Below are positions 8,383 to 18,830 of a stretch of 64,000 nt of DNA, piece by piece. Source of the DNA: an uncultured Gemmatimonadales bacterium (GTDB lineage: Bacteria; Gemmatimonadota; Gemmatimonadetes; Gemmatimonadales; Gemmatimonadaceae); NCBI GenBank assembly GCA_963851265.1, contig CAWKNZ010000002.1, forward strand, positions 1,152,001-1,216,000, written 5' to 3'. The position numbers and the translations under genes are program-made. The number at the start of each line of letters is the position of its first letter. Within the stretch, counting starts at the first letter, position 1. Under the pieces are notes generated by a model. That model ran no database searches, was not told the DNA's origin, and saw only the letters and a list, made by a program, of their open reading frames with translations.

Positions 8383-10838
8383 TCGTCTCGCACGAGTGGC
8401 TCCGGGCGTTCGTTCCGCACGCGCTCTCGCCCCAACAGGTCGGCGACTTGTTGAGCGCGCACGTTGCGACGCTCGAAGGCGTCGAGGCGCTGCGCGCCGA
8501 CCTCGCGCCGTTCGTCGTCGCCCGGATCGTGGCGAGCGAGCGGATTCCCGACACGAAGCTCTCGTTCAACCGCGTCGACGACGGGTCGGGCGAACTGCTC
8601 GACGTCGTGTGCGGCGCGCCCAACGTCGAGGTCGGCGCGAAGTACCCGTTCGCGCGCACCGGCACCACGATGCCCGGCGGCGCGCTCACGATCGAGCGGC
8701 GGAAGATCCGCGGACACACGTCCAACGGCATGCTCTGCTCGGCACGCGAGCTCGGACTCGGCGAGAACCACGACGGCATCCTCGCGCTCGCGACCGACGC
8801 TGCCCCGGGAACGCCGCTTCTCGACGTGCTGCCGGTCGGTGACGCCCGGATCGAGCTCGACGTCCTGGCAAACCGCCCCGACCTGTTGTCTCAGCGAGGG
8901 ATCGCGCGCGAGGTCGCCGCGCTCACCGGAGTGCCGCTTCAGGCGCCGCCCGAACTGCACGCCGCCGCGCCGCCTCGGCACGCGGCGCGCGGCGCGCCCG
9001 CCGCTACGGCGGATGGTGTCACGGTTCGGGTCGCGGACGCGGAGGGCTGTCCGCACTACTGCGCCGCCGTGGTGCGCGGGGTCCGCGTGGGCCCGAGCCC
9101 GGATTGGCTCGTCCGGCGACTGGAAGGCGTCGGCGCGCGCTCGATCAACAACGTCGTCGACGTCACGAACTACGCGCTCCACGGACTCGGCCAGCCCATG
9201 CACGCGTTCGACCTCGCGCGCCTGGCCGGCGCGAGCGTCGTCGTGCGCCGCGCGCGGGCCGGTGAACCGATCACGACCCTCGACGGCGTCGCGCGCACGC
9301 TCGACGACGAGACGCTCGTGATCGCCGACGCCGAGCGCGCCCAGGCGGTGGCCGGCGTGATCGGCGGTCGCGACAGCGAGGTCACCGCGGCCACGGTCGA
9401 CGTGCTGCTCGAGGTGGCGTACTTCGACCCGCAACGCGCGCGCGTCTCGCGGCGGCACACGAACGTGTCGACCGACGCGAGCTACCGCTTCGAGCGAGGC
9501 GTCGATCGCGCGGCGACGCGTGCGCTCCTCGACGCCGGGGCCGCGTTGCTGACGTCGGTCGCCGGCGGCGCGGTCACGGCGGTGATCGAAGTCGGGAGCG
9601 CGCCGGGCCCGCTGGCGCCGGTCGTGCTGCGGGCCTCGCGCGTCACGCGCGTGCTCGGAACGCCGATCGCGGCGGGCGAGATCGAACGGCTGCTCGCGGC
9701 CGTGGGCTTCGTGCTGACCGCGGAGCCCACCGGCGACGACCGGGTCTGGCGCGTCGAGCCGCCGTCATGGCGGCAGGACGTCACGCGTGAGGTCGATCTG
9801 ATCGAGGAACTCGCCCGACTGGTCGGGTTCGACGCGTTCCCCGACGAACTCCGACCCGTTCGCCCGGGCACCGCGCCGGATGACCCGCTCGTCCTCGCGA
9901 CGCGGCGCGTCCGCGATGCACTCGTCTCGGCGGGCCTGTACGAAGCCCGGCCGTTGCCGTTCGTCCGCGGCGCCGACGCGACGCACGCGCGGGTCGCCAA
10001 CCCGCTCGGCGACGACGAACCGCATCTGCGTCGGTCGGTGCTCGAGACGCTCGCGCGACGCGCCGAGGACAACCTGTCGCGCATGCAGGGCGACGTGCGG
10101 CTGTTCGAGATCGGCAGCGCCTTCACGCCCACGGCGCCCGGCAATCTGCCGACCGAGACGTTGAGCGTCGGTGCGGTCGTCATGGGCGCGCGCCGTCCGC
10201 CCCACTTCACCGAACCGAAGCCGCCGGCGTTCGATCTGTGGGACGCGAAGTGGCTCGCCCAACTTGCCGCGCGCGCCGCACACCCGCACGGGCGCGTGAC
10301 CTGCGAACCGGGCGATGGGGCCGACCTCTGGCGCGTGGTGTTCGAAGGGCGGACCGTCGGGCGCGTGACGCGCCTCGACTTGGACGCGCCGGTCTGGGCG
10401 GCGCCCGCGTTCGGCGTAGAGGTCGTGCTCGGCGTGATTTCGTCCGAGCCGGAAGCTGCGCGCGGCGAGAACCGTTGGGACGCTCCTCCAGGAGCGCCGG
10501 GCGACGACACAGCGCACGGCGCGCCGCCCGCGCGTTTCCGACCGCTTCCGATGACGCCGGCCGTCGAGCTCGATCTCGCGCTCGTCGTCCCGGACGGCGT
10601 ACAGGCTTCCGCCGTCGAGGACGCGATCCGCGGTGCGTCGGGGGCTCTGCTCGAATCGGTGAGTGTGTTCGACGAATTCCGCGGCGGCGAGCTTCCGCCG
10701 GGGACGCGCAGCCTCGCGTGGCGACTCGTGCTGCGCGACGCGACGCGCACGTTGCGCGACAAAGAGATTGAAGGGCGCCGTCGACAGATCGTCGCGGCGC
10801 TCGAGGCGCAACTCGGGGTGCGCGTCCGTGGACTCTGA
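8379..10838 (+). CDS. pheT: Phenylalanine-tRNA ligase beta subunit
   Basis: VVCGAPNV, SNGMLCSARELG, NRPDLLS, INNVVDVTNY, GQPMHAFD, SYRFERGVD, REVDLIEE and a C-terminal FDX-ACB domain. GTG overlaps the pheS stop. Confidence 0.96.
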   Translation: MIVSHEWLRAFVPHALSPQQVGDLLSAHVATLEGVEALRADLAPFVVARIVASERIPDTKLSFNRVDDGSGELLDVVCGAPNVEVGAKYPFARTGTTMPGGALTIERRKIRGHTSNGMLCSARELGLGENHDGILALATDAAPGTPLLDVLPVGDARIELDVLANRPDLLSQRGIAREVAALTGVPLQAPPELHAAAPPRHAARGAPAATADGVTVRVADAEGCPHYCAAVVRGVRVGPSPDWLVRRLEGVGARSINNVVDVTNYALHGLGQPMHAFDLARLAGASVVVRRARAGEPITTLDGVARTLDDETLVIADAERAQAVAGVIGGRDSEVTAATVDVLLEVAYFDPQRARVSRRHTNVSTDASYRFERGVDRAATRALLDAGAALLTSVAGGAVTAVIEVGSAPGPLAPVVLRASRVTRVLGTPIAAGEIERLLAAVGFVLTAEPTGDDRVWRVEPPSWRQDVTREVDLIEELARLVGFDAFPDELRPVRPGTAPDDPLVLATRRVRDALVSAGLYEARPLPFVRGADATHARVANPLGDDEPHLRRSVLETLARRAEDNLSRMQGDVRLFEIGSAFTPTAPGNLPTETLSVGAVVMGARRPPHFTEPKPPAFDLWDAKWLAQLAARAAHPHGRVTCEPGDGADLWRVVFEGRTVGRVTRLDLDAPVWAAPAFGVEVVLGVISSEPEAARGENRWDAPPGAPGDDTAHGAPPARFRPLPMTPAVELDLALVVPDGVQASAVEDAIRGASGALLESVSVFDEFRGGELPPGTRSLAWRLVLRDATRTLRDKEIEGRRRQIVAALEAQLGVRVRGL

Positions 10839-11169
10839 GCCGCGGGCCGCCGCTCCGGATCCGCCCGACGCGCTCGGCGAACTCGAGCGCGTCGTCCACA
10901 GCCTCGGCGACGAACTCGCGTTTTTTCGCCGACGCGCACTCGAGGCAGAACGCCGGGTCCGCGAGCTGCTCGCGCACCAAGCGGGTGGCGCGCCCGGTTC
11001 GGGACGGAATGCGGAAGCGGACCGCGGACGTATCACCGACCTTGAGGCCGAAAACGCGATGCTGCGGGCGCGCATGGCCGAGGCCGCGGAGCGGGCGCGG
11101 TCGGTTGCGAGTCGCATGCGATTCGCGCGTCAGCAGGATGAGGCCGCCGCCGTCGACGGCCCCCGATGA
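10828..11169 (+). CDS. Coiled-coil protein, ZapB-like by position
   Basis: Heptad-rich ALGELERVVHSLGDEL...RITDLEAENAMLRARM; lies between pheT and zapA. Confidence 0.6.
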   Translation: MDSEPRAAAPDPPDALGELERVVHSLGDELAFFRRRALEAERRVRELLAHQAGGAPGSGRNAEADRGRITDLEAENAMLRARMAEAAERARSVASRMRFARQQDEAAAVDGPR

Positions 11170-11187
11170 GCGGGACGTGAGGAGCGT

Positions 11188-11493
11188 GTGACCGAAAGAA
11201 GATCCGTCCGCGTCCGCATCGTCGGCGAGGAGTACGCGTTACGCAGCGATGCCGACCCGGAGCATACGCGGGAGGTGGCGTCGTACGTCGACCGCGTGAT
11301 TTCGCAGGTGCGCGCGAGTGGGACCGTCATCGAGACGCACAAGCTCGCGATTCTCGCCGCGCTCCAGATCGCCGACGAGTTGCTGCGGCTCCGGGCGTCG
11401 GTCGCGGACCGCGATGCCCGCATCCACGAACTCGGCGAGGAAGTATCACGATGGTTACCACCGGCGAAGCGCGCGCCCGACTCGGCGGGCTGA
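11188..11493 (+). CDS. zapA: Cell division protein ZapA
   Basis: VRVRIVGEEYAL...VASYVDRVI...KLAILAALQIADEL; pheT-zapA-rny synteny. Confidence 0.9.
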   Translation: MTERRSVRVRIVGEEYALRSDADPEHTREVASYVDRVISQVRASGTVIETHKLAILAALQIADELLRLRASVADRDARIHELGEEVSRWLPPAKRAPDSAG

Positions 11494-11518
11494 ACGGCCG
11501 GAGTGGTGCCGGGTCGCG

Positions 11519-11547
11519 TTGCCTTTCGCCCGTCCGGTACGTAGCTT
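11519..11547 (+). promoter_or_regulatory. Putative sigma70 promoter upstream of rny
   Basis: TTGCCT (11519-11524), 17-bp spacer, TAGCTT (11542-11547). Confidence 0.55.
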
Positions 11548-11719
11548 GGCGAGGCGTCGCCGATCCGGCTATACGCAAGTCACGTCGTCACTTACGCCCC
11601 TAGCGCCGGATCGCGCGCGCTCGGCGGCGGCGCCTCGGCGGTCCTGACGGACTCGCCGCGCCGGACCGTCTGACTGCAGTCCGACCGCGCGCTCGGCGCG
11701 CTGGCATATAGAGATCGAC

Positions 11720-13330
11720 ATGGCAGAGTTTGCGGTCCTCGCCCTCGCGGGCGTGCTCGCGTGTGTGCTCGCGGGCGCGACGTACGTGTGGGGACGTGGT
11801 GTGGGCCGCGTCGCCGGCGACGCAGCCGGGCGTGCCGACGAGCGTGCGAAGCAGGTCGCGGCACAGGCCACCGCAGAGGAGGTCTCCCGTCGCGTGATCG
11901 CCGACGCCGAGCGCGAAGCCGAGCGGATGAAGCGTGATGCCGTGATCGCCGGGCGAGAGGAAGTTTTGAAGGCTCGCGAGGCACAAGAAGCGGAGGCGCA
12001 GAAGCGCCGCGAGGATCAGGTGCGTGAGGACCGGCGCCAGCAGGAGCGCGCCGGCGACCTCGAGCGGCGGGCCGACGCGGTCGAGCAGAAGGATCGCGAG
12101 ATCGCGCGCCGTGCGAGTGAGATCGGGCGTCGCGAGAAGCTGGTCGCCGACCGCCAGGCCGAGATCGAGCGTTCGGAGCAGGACGCGTCACGTCGCCTCG
12201 AAGAGCTCGCCGGGTTATCGGCCGAGGACGCGAAGAACGAGCTCATGCGTCGCATGGAAGAGCAGGCGCATGCGGACGCGTCGAACCGCGTGCGCGAAAT
12301 CCGCGAAACGGCCCGCCGGAGCGCGGAACGCGAGGCGAAAAAGATCGTCGCCCTCGCGGTGCAGCGGATCGCGGCCGAACACACGGCGGAAAGCACCGTG
12401 TCGGCCGTCGCGCTTCCCAACGACGAGATGAAGGGGCGCATCATCGGGCGCGAGGGGCGCAACATCCGGGCGTTCGAGCTCGCGACCGGCGTCGACGTGA
12501 TCATCGACGACACGCCGGACACGGTGGTCGTGAGCGCGTTCGACCCGGTGCGGCGCGAGGTCGCGCGCCTCGCGCTCGAGAAGCTCGTCGCCGACGGGCG
12601 CATTCATCCCGGGCGGATCGAGGAAGTCGTGGGGAAGGCGCGCCAGGAGGTCGACCGCTCTATCGTCGAGGGTGGCGAGGCCGCGGCGTACGAGGTCGGC
12701 GTGAACGGGCTACACCCCGAACTCGTCCGCCTCGTCGGGCGCATGCGCTACCGCACGAGCTACGGGCAGAACATCCTGCAGCACTCGAAGGAGGTGGCCT
12801 GGCTCGCGGGGATCATGGCGGCCGAGCTCGGTCTCGACGTCGCGCTCGCCAAACGAGGCGCGCTGTTGCACGACATCGGAAAGGTTCTCACCCACGACCA
12901 CGAGGGCACGCACGTTCAGCTCGGCGTCGAGATGGCGACGCGCTACGGAGAGCACCCACTCGTCGTGAACGCGATCGCGGCACACCACGACGACGTGCCG
13001 CACGAGAGCGAGGTGAGCGTGCTCGTCCAGGCGGCCGACGCGATCAGCGGGTCGCGGCCGGGCGCGCGCCGCGAGGCGTTCGAAACGTACGTGAAACGGC
13101 TTGAGGGGCTGGAGCGCATCGCGTCCAGCTACAACGGCGTCGAGAAGGTCTACGCGATCCAGGCCGGGCGCGAGATCCGCGTCGTCGTCCTGCCCGACGC
13201 CGTCGACGACGGGCGCATGGCCGCCCTCTCCGACGAGATCGCGCGCCGCATCGAGGCGGAGCTGCAGTACCCCGGACAGATCAAGGTCGTCGTGATTCGC
13301 GAGACGCGGTCCGTCGACTTCGCACGATGA
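11720..13330 (+). CDS. rny: Ribonuclease Y
   Basis: N-terminal TM segment, coiled coil, KH domain (EMKGRIIGREGRNIRA), HD domain (LLHDIGK), [20 protein letters not shown]. Confidence 0.97.
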   Translation: MAEFAVLALAGVLACVLAGATYVWGRGVGRVAGDAAGRADERAKQVAAQATAEEVSRRVIADAEREAERMKRDAVIAGREEVLKAREAQEAEAQKRREDQVREDRRQQERAGDLERRADAVEQKDREIARRASEIGRREKLVADRQAEIERSEQDASRRLEELAGLSAEDAKNELMRRMEEQAHADASNRVREIRETARRSAEREAKKIVALAVQRIAAEHTAESTVSAVALPNDEMKGRIIGREGRNIRAFELATGVDVIIDDTPDTVVVSAFDPVRREVARLALEKLVADGRIHPGRIEEVVGKARQEVDRSIVEGGEAAAYEVGVNGLHPELVRLVGRMRYRTSYGQNILQHSKEVAWLAGIMAAELGLDVALAKRGALLHDIGKVLTHDHEGTHVQLGVEMATRYGEHPLVVNAIAAHHDDVPHESEVSVLVQAADAISGSRPGARREAFETYVKRLEGLERIASSYNGVEKVYAIQAGREIRVVVLPDAVDDGRMAALSDEIARRIEAELQYPGQIKVVVIRETRSVDFAR

Positions 13331-13366
13331 CTCGACCTGCGAGGTTCGGCTGAGGTGACCGCGAAC

Positions 13367-14263
13367 ATGACAGCTACGGCAGAAGCCGGCCTGATCGACG
13401 GCGCGGCGGTGGCGCGCGCCGTCCGTGCCCGCGTCGCGGCGGAGTGCGCTGCTCTCGCGACCGCGGGCGTGGTGCCCGGGCTCTCGGTGGTGCTCGTCGG
13501 CGACGACCCCGCCAGCGCCGTTTACGTACATCACAAGGGAAACGACGCTCGGGAAGTCGGCATGCGGAGCGAGACGATCCGCATGCCGGCGACCGCGAGC
13601 GAGGCCGAGTTGTTGGACGTGCTCGACCGGCTCAACGCCGACGCGAGCGTCCACGGCATCCTCGTCCAGATGCCGGTTCCGAAGCAGATCGACGCCGAGA
13701 CGGTGATCCGCCGCATCGATCCGAGGAAGGACGTCGACGGATTTCACCCGGCCAACGTCGGCGAGCTGCTGATCGGCACCGGCGCGGGCTTCGCCCCGTG
13801 CACGCCCGCGGGCGTCGTCGAGCTACTTCGGGCGTACGACGTCGAGACGAGCGGCCGCGACGTCGTGGTGATCGGGCGCAGCAACATCGTCGGGAAGCCG
13901 ATGGCGGCGCTCCTCGTCCAGCCGGGCGCCGACGCGACCGTCACGGTGTGTCACAGCCGCACGCGCGATCTCGCGGCGCACACTCGCCGCGCGGACATCC
14001 TCATCGCGGCGATCGGTCGCGCGCGTTTCGTCACGGCCGACATGGTCAAGCCTGGCGCGGTGGTCATCGACGTCGGCATGAACCGGATTGACGACCCGAG
14101 CACCAAGTCGGGGTCGCGACTCGTCGGCGACGTCGACTTCGCGCGGGTGCGCGAGGTCGCGTCGCTCATCACGCCTGTGCCCGGCGGCGTCGGGCCGATG
14201 ACGCGCGCGATGCTGCTCGCCAATACCGCGCGTTCGGCGCGCCGCGCGCTCGCGGCGGCGTGA
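13367..14263 (+). CDS. folD: Bifunctional methylenetetrahydrofolate dehydrogenase/cyclohydrolase
   Basis: [54 protein letters not shown]. Alternative GTG start at 13355. Confidence 0.96.
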   Translation: MTATAEAGLIDGAAVARAVRARVAAECAALATAGVVPGLSVVLVGDDPASAVYVHHKGNDAREVGMRSETIRMPATASEAELLDVLDRLNADASVHGILVQMPVPKQIDAETVIRRIDPRKDVDGFHPANVGELLIGTGAGFAPCTPAGVVELLRAYDVETSGRDVVVIGRSNIVGKPMAALLVQPGADATVTVCHSRTRDLAAHTRRADILIAAIGRARFVTADMVKPGAVVIDVGMNRIDDPSTKSGSRLVGDVDFARVREVASLITPVPGGVGPMTRAMLLANTARSARRALAAA

Positions 14264-14281
14264 CCCGGGCGTGATGCGCGC

Positions 14282-15577
14282 GTGAGTCCGCGCCGACGTA
14301 CCCCGGGCGAACAGGTGCTGGAGCTGTTCGGCGACGAGGCGGCACGGGCCCTGAGCGCGCCGCCACGCGCGCGGCCGCCGACGCCGCGCGACGTCGAACT
14401 CGAGATCCCGGGCGCATCGCCCGCGGCGGCGGTCCCGGTGAGCGCGCTCGCCGAGACGGTGAAGGACGTCGTCGAGGGCGCGTTCGTGCCGATCTGGGTT
14501 CGCGGCGAGGTGAGCGACTTCAAGGCGCACCGCAACGGGCACTGGTACTTCTCGCTCCGCGATCACGCGGCGCAGCTCCGATGCGTCGTCTGGGCGCGCG
14601 ACGCGCGCCGGCTCCCCGCGGCGCCCGACGACGGCATGCAGGTCGTCGCGCTCGGCCAACTCGGGGTGTACACGGCGCGCACCGAGGTGCAGTTCACGGT
14701 GCGCGCGCTCGACGCGCGCGGCGACGGCCTCTGGCGCAAGGCGCTCGAACGCACGCGCCTGGTACTCGCCGCGGAAGGATTGCTCGACGCCGAGCGTAAG
14801 CGGCCGCTGCCGCGCTTCCCGCGGCGGGTCGCGATGGTCACCAGTCCGGATGGCGCGGCGCTGCACGACGTCGCGGCGGTGCTCCGGCGGCGCTGGCCTT
14901 GCGCCGAGCTCATCGTCGTGCCGGCCAAGGTGCAGGGGGACGGCGCGGTCGAGGAGCTGTGCCAGGCACTCGAGCGCGTAGGCCGTTACGGACTCGTGGA
15001 CGTCGTGATCATCGGACGCGGTGGCGGCGCGGCAGAGGACCTCTGGGCGTTCAATGACGAGCGCCTCGCGCGGGTCGTCGCGGCGTGTCCCGTGCCGACC
15101 GTATCGGCCGTCGGCCACGAGGTGGACGTGACGATCTGCGACCTCGTCGCGGACCTTCGCGCGCCGACGCCGTCGGCGGCTGCCGAGGCGGTCGCGCCGC
15201 TGCTCGACGACCTCCGGGCCGAAATGGCCGACGCCGGACGCGCGCTCGGCGACGCGATGCACGCGCGTGTGGACGAGGCCCGGACCTCGCTCGGCGACGC
15301 GGCGCGCGGGCTCCGGCGCGGGCTGCAGGCCGTCGCCGATCGGCATCGGCACACGGTCGCCACGCGCGCGGCGCAGTTGCACGCACTTTCGCCACTCGCC
15401 ACGTTGGGACGCGGATTTGCGTACGCGCGCGCCGCGGAGTCCGGCGCGCCGCTCACCCACGTGGCCGACTTCTCCGCGGACCGCGACTTCGATTTGTTGC
15501 TGCGCGACGGAAGCGTGCGTGCGCGCACGCTCTCCGCGACGCGTACGCCGCCCGCCCCGACTCCGCCCGCGTCGTGA
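14282..15577 (+). CDS. xseA: Exodeoxyribonuclease VII large subunit
   Basis: WVRGEVSDF, GHWYFSLRD, TSPDGAALHD, GRGGGAAEDLWAFNDE, SAVGHEVD, RAPTPSAAAE. Confidence 0.95.
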   Translation: MSPRRRTPGEQVLELFGDEAARALSAPPRARPPTPRDVELEIPGASPAAAVPVSALAETVKDVVEGAFVPIWVRGEVSDFKAHRNGHWYFSLRDHAAQLRCVVWARDARRLPAAPDDGMQVVALGQLGVYTARTEVQFTVRALDARGDGLWRKALERTRLVLAAEGLLDAERKRPLPRFPRRVAMVTSPDGAALHDVAAVLRRRWPCAELIVVPAKVQGDGAVEELCQALERVGRYGLVDVVIIGRGGGAAEDLWAFNDERLARVVAACPVPTVSAVGHEVDVTICDLVADLRAPTPSAAAEAVAPLLDDLRAEMADAGRALGDAMHARVDEARTSLGDAARGLRRGLQAVADRHRHTVATRAAQLHALSPLATLGRGFAYARAAESGAPLTHVADFSADRDFDLLLRDGSVRARTLSATRTPPAPTPPAS

Positions 15578-15786
15578 GCTTCGAACACACCCTGGACCGC
15601 CTGCACGCGATCGTCGCCGCGCTCGAGAGCGACGGGCTGCCACTTGACGACGCGCTGCGCCTCTTCGAGGAGGGCGTGACGCGCCTGCGCGACGCCGGCG
15701 GAGAGCTTGACCGCGTCGAGGCCAAGCTGTCACTGCTCGTCGAGCTGCCCGACGGCACGTTCGAACTCGCGGACATGGGCCGATGA
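15574..15786 (+). CDS. xseB: Exodeoxyribonuclease VII small subunit
   Basis: SFEHTLDRLHAIVAALESDGLPLDDALRLFEEG; GTG overlaps the xseA stop. Confidence 0.92.
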   Translation: MSFEHTLDRLHAIVAALESDGLPLDDALRLFEEGVTRLRDAGGELDRVEAKLSLLVELPDGTFELADMGR

Positions 15787-16727
15787 CGGCGGTCGACCGC
15801 GCGCGGGACGCCGCCGCTGCGGCGGCGACACCCTCGCCCGACGTGAACGCGACCTTCGCGCGTCAGCGCGACGCGGTCAATGCCGCGCTGACGGCGGTTT
15901 GCGACGGCCACCTCGCGCCCCTCGACTCGCGGACCGCCGCGGCGGTCCGTTACGGGCTCCTGAGCGAGGGCAAGCGACTGCGCCCCCTGCTCACCCTTGC
16001 AGCCTACTCCGCCGGCGGCGGAACCGGCGATGCCGTCGCCCTCGCCTCGTCGATCGAGATCGTGCACGCGTATTCACTCGTCCACGACGACCTGCCCTGC
16101 ATGGACGACGACGACGTGCGGCGCGGGCGCCCGACCGTCCACCGCGTGTACGGCGTCGCGGCCGCGACCGCCGCCGGCCTTGCGATGGTCCCGCTCGCGG
16201 CGCGCTGCGCTCTCGAGGGCGCGCGCGCGATGGCGCTGCCATCGTCCGTCGGCGGGGCGATCGTTCGGGAGCTGATGCGGGCGTCTGGTGCGGTCGGCAT
16301 GATTGGCGGCCAGCAACTCGACCTCGACGGGGAAGGGCAGGCGCATTCGCTCGACCAGCTCGAGCGCATCCACACGGCCAAGACGGGCGCGTTGATCACC
16401 GCGGCCGCCCGCATCGGCGGGCTCGCCGCGGGCGTGTCACCGGCCCGTCTCGACGCGCTCGGTCGCTACGGTCGCGCGGTCGGCCTCGCGTTCCAGATCG
16501 CCGACGACGTACTCGACGTTACGGCGACCTCGGACGAACTCGGCAAGACCGCGGGCCGCGACCTCGCCCTCCAGAAGAGCACCTATCCGGCGCTCCTCGG
16601 CGTCGACGGCGCGATGCACCGGGCGCGCTCCCTCGTCGACAGCGCGTGCGCGGCGCTCCGCGAGGTCGGCCTGCTCACCCCGGCGCTCGCCTACGTCTCT
16701 GAGTTCTCGGTCGCCCGACGGTCGTAG
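15783..16727 (+). CDS. ispA: Farnesyl diphosphate synthase / geranyltranstransferase
   Basis: GKRLRP, HAYSLVHDDLPCMDDDDVRRGRPT, GQQLD, KTGAL, FQIADDVLD; xseB-ispA-dxs synteny. Confidence 0.92.
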   Translation: MTAVDRARDAAAAAATPSPDVNATFARQRDAVNAALTAVCDGHLAPLDSRTAAAVRYGLLSEGKRLRPLLTLAAYSAGGGTGDAVALASSIEIVHAYSLVHDDLPCMDDDDVRRGRPTVHRVYGVAAATAAGLAMVPLAARCALEGARAMALPSSVGGAIVRELMRASGAVGMIGGQQLDLDGEGQAHSLDQLERIHTAKTGALITAAARIGGLAAGVSPARLDALGRYGRAVGLAFQIADDVLDVTATSDELGKTAGRDLALQKSTYPALLGVDGAMHRARSLVDSACAALREVGLLTPALAYVSEFSVARRS

Positions 16728-16889
16728 CTCGGCGCTCGGGGCGCGGTTGCAAGCCGCGCGCGAGCGGGAACGGCCGCGAACCGGAACGGCTCGCCATCCG
16801 TTCGGTATGCTTCAGACGTAGATTCGTGACCGGCTGGTGACGCGATGGCTGCCGCGCGCGCCACGCCCTTTCTCTCTCGTCGCACCCCC

Positions 16890-18794
16890 ATGTCCCTGCT
16901 CGCCCGCGTCCAGTCGACCGCCGACCTGAAGCGCTTCTCGCGCGACGAACTGCGTGCGCTCGCCGCCGAGATGCGTGAGCGCCTCATCGCGGTGTGCGCG
17001 ACCACGGGCGGGCACATTGGCGCCGGCCTCGGCGTCGTCGAGCTGACGATCGCTCTGCATTACGTGCTCGACACGCCGCGCGACCAGCTCGTCTGGGACG
17101 TCGGGCATCAGGGCTACCCGCACAAGCTGCTCACCGGCCGCAACACGGGCATGGAAACGCTGCGCCAGGAAAACGGCGTTTCGGGGTTCCTGAAGCGGAC
17201 CGAAAGCGAGTACGACGCGTTCGGCGCGGGGCACGCCGCGACGTCGATCTCGGCCGCGCTCGGGATCGCGGCCGGGCGCGATCTCACCGGGCAGGATTTC
17301 AAGGTCGCCGCGGTGATCGGCGATGGCGCACTCTCGTCCGGTCTCGCGTACGAGGGCCTGAACAACGCTGGCAGCGCGGAGCGCGACGTCATCGTCGTCC
17401 TGAACGACAACGAGATGTCGATCGCGCCCAACGTGGGCGCGATGCACAAGTACCTCGTCTCGGTCCAGCGCAACCCGCTCTACAACCGCCTCCGCACCAA
17501 GGTCTTCGAACTCGTCACCGCGCTCGGCGGCAAGGGCGGCGTGCCCAGCGCGCTGCTCCGAAAGTGGGAGGAGAGCTTCAAGGCGTTCGTCACCCCGGGC
17601 ATCCTTTTCGAGGAGCTCGGGTTTCGCTATTTCGGTCCCATCGACGGACACGACGTCGACGCGCTCGTCGACACCCTCGCGGCCGTGCGAGACATGAAAG
17701 GCCCGCGTCTCGTGCACGTGATCACGCAGAAGGGCAAGGGGTTCCCGGCCGGCGAGAACATCGAGAAGTGGCACGCCCTGCCGCCAGGGCACGACCCGAC
17801 CACGGGCAAGCTCCTGCGCGCGAGCACCGCGAATCCTGCCTACACGGCCGTCTTCGGCCGAGCGCTCGCCGAGCTCGGAACGCTCGACCCGCGTGTCGCC
17901 GTCATCACCGCCGCGATGCCGACGGGGACCGGGACCGCGACGTTCGCGAAGGCGCACCCGGGCCGGTTCTTCGATGTGGGAATCGCGGAAGGGCACGCGG
18001 TCACGTTCGCTGCCGGCCTCGCGACGCAGGGCGTGAAGCCGGTCGTCGCCATCTACTCGACATTCCTGCAGCGCGCATACGACAACGTCATCCATGACGT
18101 CGCGCTGCAGCACCTCCCGGTCGTGTTCGCGATGGACCGCGCCGGCCTCGTCGGCGAGGACGGCGAAACGCACATGGGGCTGTACGACATCGCCTACATG
18201 CTCGCCGTCCCCGACATGATCGTCGCGGCGCCGAAGGACGGCACCGAGATGCTCGCGCTGCTTCGCGCGGCGGTTGACTACGACGCCGGCCCGTTCTGCT
18301 TCCGCTATCCGCGCGACGCGACGCCCGATACGGTGCCCGCGATCTCCGAAGTCGAGCCCGCCCCGATCGGCACGTGGGACGTGCTTCGCCGCGGCCGCGA
18401 TGTCGCGATCCTCGCTGTGGGCACGATGGTCGGCCAGTCGCTCGCCGCGGCAGATACGCTCATCGCCGAGGGCCTCGACGTCACGGTCGTGAACTGCCGC
18501 TATCTCAAGCCGTTCGACGAACTCACGCTGACCGCGCTCCTCGCCGACCACCGCCAACTGCTCGTCGTCGAGGAAGGGACGGTGGTGAACGGGTTCGGCG
18601 CGTACATGGCCGAGATCGTCGCGAAGCGCGACCCGGCGGTCCGCGTCATCGCTCACGGCGTGCCCGACCGTTTCATCTACGCGGCATCGCGCACGCGGCA
18701 GCTCGCGCAATGCGGTCTCGACGCTGCGGGCATTGCGGAACGCGTCCGCGCGCTACACGACACACGGCAGGCGAGCGAGGCGTTCGCCGGATAG
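16890..18794 (+). CDS. dxs: 1-deoxy-D-xylulose-5-phosphate synthase
   Basis: GGHIGAGLGVVEL, WDVGHQGYPHKLLTGR, GDGALSSGLAYE, NDNEMSI, GPIDGHD, DVGIAEGHAV, YSTFLQRAYD. Confidence 0.97.
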   Translation: MSLLARVQSTADLKRFSRDELRALAAEMRERLIAVCATTGGHIGAGLGVVELTIALHYVLDTPRDQLVWDVGHQGYPHKLLTGRNTGMETLRQENGVSGFLKRTESEYDAFGAGHAATSISAALGIAAGRDLTGQDFKVAAVIGDGALSSGLAYEGLNNAGSAERDVIVVLNDNEMSIAPNVGAMHKYLVSVQRNPLYNRLRTKVFELVTALGGKGGVPSALLRKWEESFKAFVTPGILFEELGFRYFGPIDGHDVDALVDTLAAVRDMKGPRLVHVITQKGKGFPAGENIEKWHALPPGHDPTTGKLLRASTANPAYTAVFGRALAELGTLDPRVAVITAAMPTGTGTATFAKAHPGRFFDVGIAEGHAVTFAAGLATQGVKPVVAIYSTFLQRAYDNVIHDVALQHLPVVFAMDRAGLVGEDGETHMGLYDIAYMLAVPDMIVAAPKDGTEMLALLRAAVDYDAGPFCFRYPRDATPDTVPAISEVEPAPIGTWDVLRRGRDVAILAVGTMVGQSLAAADTLIAEGLDVTVVNCRYLKPFDELTLTALLADHRQLLVVEEGTVVNGFGAYMAEIVAKRDPAVRVIAHGVPDRFIYAASRTRQLAQCGLDAAGIAERVRALHDTRQASEAFAG

Positions 18795-18830
18795 CCCAGA
18801 CCGCGAACCCACGCCGCGAGCCTTCCGGCC

